Of a stretch of DNA of 64,000 nt, positions 53,969-64,000 are shown piece after piece. The stretch's first letter is position 1; every line of letters begins with the position of its first letter. Position numbers and translations under genes: made by a program. The DNA is from Chloropicon primus. Its lineage: Eukaryota. Location of the stretch: positions 372,001 to 436,000 of the forward strand of contig CP060764.1 in NCBI GenBank assembly GCA_023205875.1, given 5' to 3'. The notes under the pieces are model-generated. The model was not told where the DNA came from, did no database searches, and saw nothing but the letters and a program-made list of their open reading frames with translations.

Positions 53969-56102
53969 TCACTGGTGCTGCTGGACGTTGAAGAGGAAGT
54001 TCATGATCTTCCTGGCTTTCACCCCCCCGACCGTCCTGTGGTAGATTCCCTGGGCGAGGGGGATGAACTTGAGCCTCTCCGCCGCGGCGTCCGCCCCGCC
54101 GTCCGCCCCGCACATGGCTTGGGTCCACAGACTCATCGGGGTGGGGAAGGTCCTCGCGATGGCGTCCGCCACCTGCTTGCCGATCCCGGGGATGTGCTGC
54201 AGCTGGACCTTGAAAATGTCCCGGACGGCGAGCGTCCTCTCGCTGCTCACGACGCCCTCGAGGTCGCGCAGGGTCATGCACTCCCTCCCCGGGGGGACGG
54301 GCCCCCTGGCGCCCGAGTAGAGGCGGTCCAGGACCACCGTCAGGCTCTTGTAGGTCGAAAGGGTGCCGCTAATGCCGCTGGTCCTCAGGACCGTGAAGCC
54401 GTCGACCGCCTTGAGCCGGACGCACGCCGTCTTGGCGGTCTGGGCGTTGTTGTGGGCGTCCACGTCCCCCTCGATGAGGTACATCACGTTGGGGACCCCG
54501 CTCTTCTTGAGCAAGTGCTTTTGCATGCCGTACCTGTTGGACTTGATGGAGTCGATCAGGTCGTCCACGCTCTTCCTCTCCGCGATGTAGTCCAGGACGT
54601 AGTAGTCCTGGCTCGAGCTCGGCCCCCCGCCGGCCGAGACCCTCCTCCTCGCGACCCAGGTGATGTCCCCGACCGCCAGCTTCCCGGTGACAACCTTCAG
54701 GCCGCTGTCCGTCAGCGACTTGGTGTACATCTCCAGGTGCTCGGCCCTGCCCCTGCCGCTCCTCGACCCCCCCGAGCCCGAGGAGGCCGCCGCCGAGCCG
54801 CCGCCGGACCCCCTCGCGAACTGCTCCCTGTTGTCCAGAAACAAGACGACGTCGTAAACGTCCGAGAACTTCTCGCCAGCCTCGAGAGGCGGCAAGCGCA
54901 GGTCGCCCCTCGGCAGCCCGGAACGGAAGGGCTGGATGCGAGACTCGTACCCGGCGCAAGGAGCGGGCCCCGGCAATCCGTCCTCGCAGGCCTCCGAAAC
55001 CTCGCAGGCTCTGGGCCTCTTCCTGGAGCCCCCCTCACCCCCCTCCGAGCCCTCGTCGCAGCCCACGCAGGTCGCCGCCGGCGCAGCGCTCGGGGCCTGC
55101 CAGTTCCCCCACGTCTTCTGCACGACATTCTCCTTGTTTTCTTGGCCCCTCATGAAGTCGCAGGTGCACATCAGCCTGTCATGCGCGTTTCTATGGAGCT
55201 CCTCCGCAACTTTCACTCCGTCCGGAGTCAGCTCGCACTTGAGGGGGTTGCTCCAAGTCCGCACCAGGGGGGGGTCCTTCTGCTTCATCTGAAGGAAGCT
55301 GGACCAGCCGTTGTACCAGTTGGCGTGCCTGTTCCCGCTCGAGCTGCTTTTGGTGCCGTGGATGGACTTGGACGACAAGCTGCTAGACTCCGCTATCCGG
55401 ATCAAGTCCTGCTTCAGCACGAACTTCTCCCCCTGGATCATCAGCTTGTGCATGCAGACGAGGAAGGCGTAGTTCGCGGTGCCGTTCTTCGGCCGGTACG
55501 CTTTCTTCCCCGCCGCTCCCCGCCCGGACCCGCCACGCTTCGGGCCCTCCGCCGTTGCCCTGGCCTCCCTGGACGTCTCCGCGGCCAAGCTCTCCCCCTG
55601 GCCCCGCGGCGCCTGCTGGGGGTACAAGTGAAAGAGCGACCGATCCAGCACATTCGCGATGTGAGGTCCGATCCCCTTGACCTCCAGGGCACTCTCCGCG
55701 CAGTACACGGACACCGAAGTGTCCCTCACGGCCTTGCAGGCCACCCGTATCGCCCTGGAGACCTTCCCCATCTCGTCCGTCTTCCCCAAGTGCTCGCATA
55801 TGTACGACAGGAACCTGTATACGAGGGCGTTCAAGGGGTTCTTCAGACCTGTTGGCAAGGCCGGGCACCCGGTCAGTCAGCGGACTTCCGGGAAAGGCAA
55901 GGACGACGATGACGAAGATGAAAGATGATGAAGTTGACGAAGATGATGAACATGACTTACCTGTGAGAGACCGAACGCGGACTTCCGAGGTCGAGCAGAG
56001 TCCCTCCTCGATGCGTGACTGGAGGACCTCGTCTCGCTTCGCACACCGAGCCGCATCCAGCTCGTACAACTTGGCCGTACTCGTCAGCTGCGAGTCCGCC
56101 AT
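53969..56102 (-). CDS. MUS81: Crossover junction endonuclease MUS81
   Basis: Exons 56102-55961 and 55848-53969. N-terminal HhH (VKGIGP), winged helix (YRPKNGTANYAFL...GWSS), ERCC4 LDNRE, GDITW, AERKSVDDL, YLIEG, C-terminal HhH. Confidence 0.93.
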
Positions 56103-56935
56103 GGTGCCCGCCAATCGTTCCCACCTTGCCAGGCACCCAGGTCGTCAAAATAGTCGACCGACTGACCGACGGAAAGATCTCGAGACGAGTCTTTCAATGA
56201 GCTCGGTCGAAGGTCGAAAACACTCCCCGAGTCGCGAGGGGAGAAGGAGCAACGAAGCGATCGCGGACAAGCTCCGTCGTCAGACCGAGGGAACTGACAG
56301 CTTGAGGATTCGAAATTCAATTCCGGAAATTTCCAACGTAACGTTCGCGAATTTTATACGATTGTGTCGATCACCTTGGGACCCGAAGATCTTGGTCCAT
56401 GCGACAACCCCTTCCTTCCCCTTTGTCTGAGTGGTGAGGGGCACTCGGGCGTCACAATTGGAGGCAGAGGGCCGCCGGAGGACCAGGAGAGGGTTCCGTA
56501 GCACCAGGAGGGAGGTAAGGTGTTGGCCACACACGCCTGACGGTCCCGGCTTTGCGGTCCTTGCGTGCTCACTCACTCACTGACGACTGACGACTCCGCA
56601 CACACAGAGTTTCGCAGGGACGAGAGGGAGGACGGGGAGGGTCCGGAAGAGCAATGGTGTTCGCGTGCAGCGTGTGCGGGAGGGCGAGGCACACGTGCCT
56701 CCTCCGAAGCCTGCGGAAGAGCATCAGCAAAAAATTCTACCTCCGGAAGACCAAGCCCCGCTTGCGCCCTCGGGAGGTCACATGATGACGGATCACGAAA
56801 GACTCGGCGGCGCCGCCGCCGGCGGCTAAAGGGATCTACTCGCGGGTTGTCACGCCGCTTTCTTTGTTGTATTACAGGAGAAACCTTTCGCGCGCAAGTT
56901 CCTCACCTAAAATTACACACACACACAACTCCTTT

Positions 56936-57850
56936 TCAGTGCGGCACGTAGTCCCCGTACTTTTCGGGCCTGGCCCTCTTCCTCTGCTCGATGAGCTTGT
57001 TCCAGTCGACGTCCGGGACGATGAACTCCAGGGCTTGGGTGAAAGTGACCCCGGGCCCCACCTTGCCGTGCCTCACCACGCTCCAGAACACCCTCGGGCT
57101 GACCAGAGCCATGTTCACGGGCATCAAGTTTTGCACCTGCACTTGGTCGTCCTCGCTCGCGATTTGCTTCAAGATGGCCTTGAGCAGGAACCCCGGAATG
57201 TCCGTCACGCACTCCTCCTTCTCTTTCCTGCCCGTCGTCTTGGTGTAGATGCACCTGATCCTGCCGCTCTGGTCGTCCATGTTCTCGAACCGGCTCCTGC
57301 CCGCCATACACGCCGCAACCTTCTCCTCCGCCTCCACGTACGCCCCGTGCTGCTGCCGGGCGGCCCGGAAGGTCTGCCTCAAAGACTTCAGGGCAGAGCT
57401 CTTGAGGGTGTCCTTTGTGCCCGAGTTCCTTCCCGCGGAAACCAGCTCGGCGCCGATCCTCGCCACGGCAGCGTCGTGGCCGTCCCGCGCTCGGCCCAGC
57501 ACGAAAGAGTCGTTATCGGCCGCCTCCTCCAAAGAACTGGCCCCTGCAAGGGTGCGACCGGCCCCCGACGGCATCTTTATCCTCTTCTTCCTCTTCATGA
57601 CCCGCTTGTGCTTCACCTCGCCAGACTTGGTGATCCTGACTTTGGTCTTCCCCGCGGGCACCAAGGTTCGCTTCGGAGTTCCAGCACTAGCACCACTGCC
57701 CCCTGGTTGCGCCGCCGGCGCTTTGGTCGGAGCTCTGCTGCCACTCCCAGGACCTTTGCAGCAGGACGGAGAGACAAGAAAGCGAAGGGAACCACGTCGA
57801 CGTCAGGAGACTCTTCACTCATTCACACACAGTGAGAAGTAACACCACAC

Positions 57851-57908
<58 letters not shown>

Positions 57909-58272
57909 AAACACACGTGCGTGCGCACGGTCAGGCTGTCGTCGTCGCCATCCCCAGGTGCTTACCCTTGCTCAGCTTCGTTTCCTCGACTCTGTCCCCC
58001 TGGCCAGGGTCCCCCCTCTCTATGACGAGGACCTCCTTGTTCTGGATCCCGGCTTGAGCGATCGTCGTGGTGCTCCTCTCGGCAAGTCTCTCTTCTTCAA
58101 TCTTCTTGGGAGGGAACCCATACTTGATCACGACGCGCTTCTGCGCTATCCTCGAGGCCTTCGCCGCCAGCCTCACGAGCTCTTGCAGCGTCGTGTCCCC
58201 TCCCTGTGGCACCTCAAGCGTTTCGCCCAGCTGACCCTTCAAGCCTCTCACGCGTAGCTGCCACGCTTGCAT
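56936..58272 (-). CDS. Ubiquitin-like (OTU1/YOD1 UBXL-type) domain plus uncharacterised C-terminal domain
   Basis: Exons 58272-57966 and 57753-56936 join in frame. WQLRVR...TTLQEL...IKYGFPPK...GIQNKEVLVIE is UBXL-like. No OTU catalytic motif seen. Confidence 0.65.
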
Positions 58273-58807
58273 CTTCACGAAACTCTGGCTAAAGCTTCTC
58301 CCAACACGATCGAGAGATAACGATCTATCGACAGATACCCTCCTCGCCCTCGTCCCTCTTCTCTTGCGCCCTCCTCCCCCTCGTAAACGTCGCACTCCCT
58401 CCCGGTCACTCACCAGTCACGTTTCAGTCTCCCAAATCCTCAAACGAGAACCATTTCTTCCAAGGAGACGCTCTACCGAAAGCTTGCGAGCTAATCTTTC
58501 GATATCTGCGACTGTCTTTCGCTTCTGGGTCCTTTGCTCTGGTCAAAAACGCCGCTCTACCTCTGCCCTTCGCACACCACGATCGATTGCTGGGCGAGGG
58601 AGGGGGAAGTAAGGAGTGGAGTTGGATAAAATCAAAAAAGTGCAGCGGACCTTCGACGAGAGGAGCGAAGAGGAGCGCACCGGTTCTTCCGTCCGTCTTC
58701 CGTTCCGCTTGAGAACGAAGCACGGGGCGCAGCGGGGCGAGGGTTGTTGCCTTTGGCGGTTTTGGTTTCGGTTTTGGTTTTCTTTTCTTTTTCTGCGTTG
58801 GAAAAGG

Positions 58808-60904
58808 ATGAGCATGGAGGTGAGGTTTGTGGGAAGGAGGGTGGTGAAGGTAGCAGCGGTGGCGAAGCCGAGGGGGAGGAGGGGGAGGGGATCGGTCGGC
58901 TTCACCGCGGCGGCGTCGAGGCCTCTGCATCTGGCCAGGAGAAACCTCGGAGGACTGGCTCAGCCGGGGAGAAGCTCGTCGTTGACGTCGGGGCCATTGT
59001 CGGTCTCCGTGGACGTGGGGAGCTTGGGGGGTACGGGGGAGGACAAGGCTGCGATTCTGACGGAGGCGGAGAGCGTGCTGTACGCGGCGCTGGAGAAGGA
59101 GGGTGCGGAGGCCCTGGCTGAGGCGCTGAGCAGCGCCACGAGGCGGATAAGGAAGGTCCCCAAGTCCAAGACGAGGGAGTTCTGCCGAGAGAGCAAGGCG
59201 ATGCAAGGGGTCTGGCGAGCCTGCCTCGACGCTGTGGACGACATGAATGTGTACAGCCTGGATAAGCTCCTGCTGTCGTTGGCGTACTCGAAGACGATTC
59301 GGTGCCTGCCGAAGCAGTACACGGAAATTCTGGAGAGGGTCGAGGACTCCCTCCTGGAGGGCAACATGCTGATGAACTCGTCGCCCAATGTGGTGACGAG
59401 CTTGCTCGGGAGCTTCTCCCGTCTGGAGCACGCCATGTCCGTGGAACTGCAGGAGCAGTACTGCGAGTACCTGAGCGTCAAAACGGGCCAGTTTGACGTG
59501 AAGGACCTGGCGAGGACGCTGAGCCACCTGAACAAGCTCCATCGCTTCAACGGGCTGAAGAAGTACACCCTTGCCCTGTGCAGCAACCACATCGCGAAGA
59601 ACGTGGAGGAGCTGACCGCGAACCAGATAAGCGAGTGTATGGTGGCGTTCGCCTTCTCCAGCTTCCAGCCAAACCTCAAGGACCTCAAGCTGATGGAGGA
59701 GCAGTTCACGGAGTCCTTCTTCGACGCCAGCGAGGAGCAAGGGAGGAGCCTCAAGTCGGTCTACGACGTCAGGGCGCTCATGCGACTGCTGAAGTCCTAC
59801 GCCAAGCTTAGGATCCAGCTCCCCCCTTTCATCGTGGAGGGTCTCGGGGAGCTCTTGGGAACAAGCGAGATGGCGGAGAATTTGCTCAAGCCAAAGGAGG
59901 CGGCGAACTTGATCTGGTACTTTGCGAAGATGAATCAGTACCCGGGGGCCATCCTCATGGACGCCGCTTGCGACTGCCTCGTCCGATTTTTTGGAAGCGA
60001 CGCGCATGGCCAGGGCGGGAGCAACTACGTGCACGTGCAGCACATGTCGAGAATCTCTTGGGGTCTGGCGAAGCTGAGGCACAAGCCGCCCCCGGGGATG
60101 ATGAAAGAGCTCGACGCCTTTGCCGCAAAGCACGTGAAGAAGATGACGGACTCGGAGGTCACGCAGCTCATTTACGGCCATGCCCTGCTGGACGAGGCCA
60201 TGTGCCCCAGGTCCCTGAAAACTTTTTGCAGGTTTTTGCAATCCAAGTGCGCCAGCGACGTCAGGGACGGGGAGGGCCTGTCCTTGAGGAACCTCAGCGT
60301 GCTCCTGTGGAGTTTGACCGTCCTGAGGGCCTGGGACACCGGCCTCAGCGAGGAGCTCAACTCGTTCTGGGGGGTCCTCGGACAGGAGGAGCACAACTTG
60401 CATTACTTGAATGTCATGGGGAAGCACGCTCTGCACGTCGCCGCGAGCTGCGGGCTCAGGGAGACGGACGTCCTGGACAACATCCCGGAGCAGTTCAGGA
60501 CAGGATCCTTCGAGGGCATCGAGGCGATCTCGAGGGAGGACAAGCCCGTGAGTGAGATTCAGAGGGAGATCTCTCAGGTTCTTGACCACATCGGGGTCCG
60601 TTACTTTGACCACAGGGGTGACGGGGGTGACGGGGAGGTCGAGCTTCTGAGCGCTGACTTTTACATCGGTGACGGAGACGTCAAGGGGGAGGTCGGCTCC
60701 GCCAGGGGAACTTGCATGGAGGTAGATGGCCCAAGTCACTTCTTTCTCAACACCTTGGAGCCCACCGGCAAGACCCTGTTCAGAAACCGGGTCCACAAGT
60801 CCAAAGGCTGGGAAGTCGTGTGCCTCCCCCACTTTGAGTGGGAGCAGCTCGTCGACGAGGAATCCAAGGAGGCTTACCTCAGGGACTTGCTAAGTATGGA
60901 TTAA
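58808..60904 (+). CDS. Organellar helical-repeat RNA-binding protein with RAP domain (OPR/FASTK-like)
   Basis: Transit-like N-terminus, degenerate helical repeats (ANLIWYFAKM, SRISWGLAKL), RAP motif EVDGPSHF...GWEVVCLPHFEW. Confidence 0.88.
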   Translation: MSMEVRFVGRRVVKVAAVAKPRGRRGRGSVGFTAAASRPLHLARRNLGGLAQPGRSSSLTSGPLSVSVDVGSLGGTGEDKAAILTEAESVLYAALEKEGAEALAEALSSATRRIRKVPKSKTREFCRESKAMQGVWRACLDAVDDMNVYSLDKLLLSLAYSKTIRCLPKQYTEILERVEDSLLEGNMLMNSSPNVVTSLLGSFSRLEHAMSVELQEQYCEYLSVKTGQFDVKDLARTLSHLNKLHRFNGLKKYTLALCSNHIAKNVEELTANQISECMVAFAFSSFQPNLKDLKLMEEQFTESFFDASEEQGRSLKSVYDVRALMRLLKSYAKLRIQLPPFIVEGLGELLGTSEMAENLLKPKEAANLIWYFAKMNQYPGAILMDAACDCLVRFFGSDAHGQGGSNYVHVQHMSRISWGLAKLRHKPPPGMMKELDAFAAKHVKKMTDSEVTQLIYGHALLDEAMCPRSLKTFCRFLQSKCASDVRDGEGLSLRNLSVLLWSLTVLRAWDTGLSEELNSFWGVLGQEEHNLHYLNVMGKHALHVAASCGLRETDVLDNIPEQFRTGSFEGIEAISREDKPVSEIQREISQVLDHIGVRYFDHRGDGGDGEVELLSADFYIGDGDVKGEVGSARGTCMEVDGPSHFFLNTLEPTGKTLFRNRVHKSKGWEVVCLPHFEWEQLVDEESKEAYLRDLLSMD

Positions 60905-61251
60905 CGAGATAACAGCACATCAATCTATCTGATCACCACCAGACATATCCCACGACAGGACCAAGCTCATCCCCATCCAATCCTCATCCCCTCCCCTTCC
61001 GCCAATTTCGGGGGGTGGAGTCGTTGCCAACGGTGCACCAGACGTTTTGGCTCTCAGTTTGACTCTCCCTGTCATGAAATGAAACCTTGTTTCTCAGCAA
61101 GAAGAAGCTCCATCCCATCCTTTCCTTTCCTTTCCTTTCCTTTCCTCCCCATCTACCCCTGCTCTGCTGATCATCATCAGCCATTGCTGGTGGCGCCGCC
61201 TGCAAGGGGAAGCGGAGAGCGAGCGAGGCGAGGGAGAGAGAGGGAGGCGCC

Positions 61252-64000
61252 ATGAGGAAGAAGGTGGACGCGCGCGTGCGCACTCTGATTGAGAACTGCG
61301 TGAAGAAGAGGGAGAGGGCTATGTTCGTCCTCGTGGGCGACAAAGGTCGAGACCAGGTGGTGAATTTGCACAATATGCTCGCGAGGACGGTTGTCAAGGC
61401 CAGGCCAACCGTGTTGTGGTGCTACAAGAAGGAGCTTTACCTCAGCAGTCACAAGCGCAAGAGGATGAAGCAGCTGAAGAAGATGATGCAGAGGGGCCTC
61501 GTCGACCCGGAGAAGGAGGACCCTTTCAGCGTGTTCATGGCGAGCACACAAATCAGATACTGTTACTACAGCGAGTCGCAGAACATACTTGGAAATACAT
61601 ACGGGATGTGCGTTCTGCAGGACTTCGAGGCCATCAACCCCAACCTCCTGGCTCGGACGATCGAGACGGTTGAGGGCGGCGGGATCATCGTGCTTTTGCT
61701 GAGCACGCTGACTTCCCTGACACAGGTCTACAACCTTTCCATGGACGTGCACGCGAGGCTGAGGACCCAGTCCCACCAGGAGGTCGTGGGCCGGTTCAAC
61801 GAGAGGATGGTGCTCTCCATGGCCCACAACCCGAACTGCATTCTTATGGACGACGAGCTTAACGTTCTGCCGACTTCCTCCTTGATGGCCAAGATCAGGC
61901 CGGCTTCAGGCCTGTCGTCGAGCGGGGAGCCTGCTGGGTTTGCCGGGAAGAGCAAGGAGTTGGGAGACCTCTGCGACATGCTGGCTGACACTCAGCCGGC
62001 AGGAACGCTGGTGTCCCTGTGCAAAACGATAGATCAGGCAAAGTCCCTGGTCACGTTCCTGGACTCAGCTTCCGAGAAGACCCTGAGGTCCACGGTGGCT
62101 CTCACGGCTGCGAGGGGGAGGGGTAAAAGTGCTGCCCTGGGCCTGGCCATCTCCGGCGCCCTTGCTCTGGGGTACAGCAACATCTTTGTCACGAGTCCCT
62201 CGCCGGAGAACTTGAAGACGCTCTTCGAGTTTGTCGTGAAAGGTCTGGATTCCATGGACTACAAGGAGCACATCGATTACAACATGATCGAGAGCACAAA
62301 CCCTGAGCTGCACAAGGTCATTGTCAGGGTCGACGTGTTCAGGCAGCACAGGCAGACAGTGCAATACATTCTGCCCCAGCACAGCAGCAAGATCATGCAG
62401 GCGGAGCTGTTAGTCATTGACGAGGCTGCGGCCATACCTCTGCCAGTGGTCAGATCGCTTCTGGGCCCTTACCTGGTGTTCCTTTGCAGCACGGTGAACG
62501 GGTACGAGGGGACGGGGCGGTCTCTGTCTCTGAAGCTTTTGAAGGAGCTCAGGGGGGGGGCCAATCAGGCGAAGAAGAAGTACGATAAGTTCAGTTCAGA
62601 GAACGCTTCGATAGCTGCGCATAGCAGGAACTTCCGGGAGATCACGTTGGACGAGCCCATTCGATATGCTGAGGGGGACCCCATGGAGGGCTGGCTTCAC
62701 GAGCTGCTTTGCTTGGACGCGGCGAACCACGTCCCTGAAATCCCAAAACGCTTGCCGCATCCAGACGAGTGCGAACTGTTTTACATCAGCAAGGACACCC
62801 TGTTTTCCTATCACAAAGCAACCGAGAAGTTTCTCCAGCAGATCATGTCCCTTTACGTGGCAAGCCACTACAAGAACACGCCGAACGACATCCTCCTGAT
62901 GAGTGATGCCCCGGCCCACCACTTGTTCGTTCTGCTGGCTCCAGTGGATGAGAACACAGGGAAATTGCCTGACGTTCTCTGCGTTCTCCAGGTTGCGTTT
63001 GAGGGACAGATCAGCAAGAGCGTGTCCCTCAACGCTTTGGCAAAGGGAAACCAGTACCACGGTGACCTGATCCCATGGACCGTGAGTCAGCACTTTCAAG
63101 ACGCCGAATTCCCCAAGCTCTCGGGCGCACGAGTCGTGAGAATCGCGACCCACCCCGACATAACTGGCGGGGGCTATGGCTCGAAAGCACTGCAGCTGAT
63201 CAAGCTCTACTTTGAGGGCGGAATGCAAGGGTTGGATGACGTGAATGCGCCCAGAGCCCCTGGAAGCGCTGGCGGAAAATCCCCAGCAGGCGCGGCAAGC
63301 GAAAGCAGCGTTCTGCTCACAGAAACGATAGCGCCGAAGAAGGGGTTGCCTCCCCTGCTGATCTCCTTGGAGGAGCGGCCTCCGGAGACACTGCAGTACC
63401 TGGGAGTAGCTTTTGGGTTGACCTCGTCTCTGTTCAACTTTTGGAAGAAGAACGACTATCACCCCGTGTACATTAGACATAGTGCGAGCGAAACCACTGG
63501 GGAGAACTCTTGCATTTCCATCCATCCGCTGGATACGTCAGACATCGAGAATGGTGATTGGCTTGTGCCTTTTGTGGACGACTTCAAGGCCAGGTTCTTG
63601 TCTTTGCTCAGCAACACCTTTCATCACGTGCACACGTCCCTGGCCCTTGCTATCGTGGACCCCTTCATTGATTTCACTGAGGCTGACACCAAAGCCGCTG
63701 TCGAGAAGGGTGTTGAGATGAGGAAGCTCAACGGACAAACCCTGACCCCGTTTGACCTGAAGAGGCTCGAGTCGTTCACAAGTAACCTGTCCGACTACCA
63801 CCTTGTGAAGGATCTGGTCCCGTCGATCACGGCGGCGTACTTTTCGAAGCAGGTGCCGGTACAGCTTTCCTCTGGACAGGCGGCCATTCTGCTCGGCACA
63901 GGCCTGCAGCAAAAGTCGGATGGGAGCTTGGGAGATCTTCTGGGCCTGCCCGCAAATCAGGTGAGAGCCCTGGCAAACAAGGCTCTCAAGAAAATTTACG
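61252..64000 (+). CDS. NAT10: RNA cytidine acetyltransferase NAT10/Kre33 (truncated by window end)
   Basis: MRKKVDARVRTLIEN, LQDFEAINPNLLARTIETVEGGG, TAARGRGKS, VIDEAAAIP, STVNGYEGTGR, YVASHYKNTPND, RVVRIATHP. Absent from the ORF track because no stop codon falls in the window. Confidence 0.97.
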   Translation, partial: MRKKVDARVRTLIENCVKKRERAMFVLVGDKGRDQVVNLHNMLARTVVKARPTVLWCYKKELYLSSHKRKRMKQLKKMMQRGLVDPEKEDPFSVFMASTQIRYCYYSESQNILGNTYGMCVLQDFEAINPNLLARTIETVEGGGIIVLLLSTLTSLTQVYNLSMDVHARLRTQSHQEVVGRFNERMVLSMAHNPNCILMDDELNVLPTSSLMAKIRPASGLSSSGEPAGFAGKSKELGDLCDMLADTQPAGTLVSLCKTIDQAKSLVTFLDSASEKTLRSTVALTAARGRGKSAALGLAISGALALGYSNIFVTSPSPENLKTLFEFVVKGLDSMDYKEHIDYNMIESTNPELHKVIVRVDVFRQHRQTVQYILPQHSSKIMQAELLVIDEAAAIPLPVVRSLLGPYLVFLCSTVNGYEGTGRSLSLKLLKELRGGANQAKKKYDKFSSENASIAAHSRNFREITLDEPIRYAEGDPMEGWLHELLCLDAANHVPEIPKRLPHPDECELFYISKDTLFSYHKATEKFLQQIMSLYVASHYKNTPNDILLMSDAPAHHLFVLLAPVDENTGKLPDVLCVLQVAFEGQISKSVSLNALAKGNQYHGDLIPWTVSQHFQDAEFPKLSGARVVRIATHPDITGGGYGSKALQLIKLYFEGGMQGLDDVNAPRAPGSAGGKSPAGAASESSVLLTETIAPKKGLPPLLISLEERPPETLQYLGVAFGLTSSLFNFWKKNDYHPVYIRHSASETTGENSCISIHPLDTSDIENGDWLVPFVDDFKARFLSLLSNTFHHVHTSLALAIVDPFIDFTEADTKAAVEKGVEMRKLNGQTLTPFDLKRLESFTSNLSDYHLVKDLVPSITAAYFSKQVPVQLSSGQAAILLGTGLQQKSDGSLGDLLGLPANQVRALANKALKKIY

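Noticed and set aside
53930..55912. Long antisense ORFs (e.g. 53930-55912, 58424-60832, 20307-21974, 40358-41929, 14973-16397)
   Set aside because: Shadow frames of real GC3-rich genes on the opposite strand, with no recognisable motifs.

Overview
Gene-dense eukaryotic nuclear DNA with about 35 protein genes, short GT-AG introns, (CT)n/(AG)n microsatellites and TGTAA motifs downstream of stop codons. This is consistent with a compact green-algal (chlorophyte) genome; the lineage is an inference. Most genes are housekeeping: ADP/ATP carrier, VDAC, UXS, two NAD-IDH subunits, ALG1, PSP, PDC, SYP61, ABCG, NAT10, MUS81 and EME1. The main unusual items are: (1) a ~1310-aa minus-strand protein made of three near-identical 315-aa DHAR/CLIC-like glutathione-transferase-fold units fused to an inward-rectifier K+ channel, a candidate glutathione/redox-gated Kir; (2) a spliced gene joining an Rpn10-like vWA domain to an Rpn13-like Pru domain, with a second divergent Rpn10-like gene nearby; (3) head-to-head NAD-IDH catalytic and regulatory genes sharing a perfect 89-bp inverted repeat; (4) MUS81 and EME1 clustered within 2.5 kb; (5) a secreted protein with a mirror-symmetric heptad cysteine ladder. 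All family assignments come from motif recognition by eye, not database searches.
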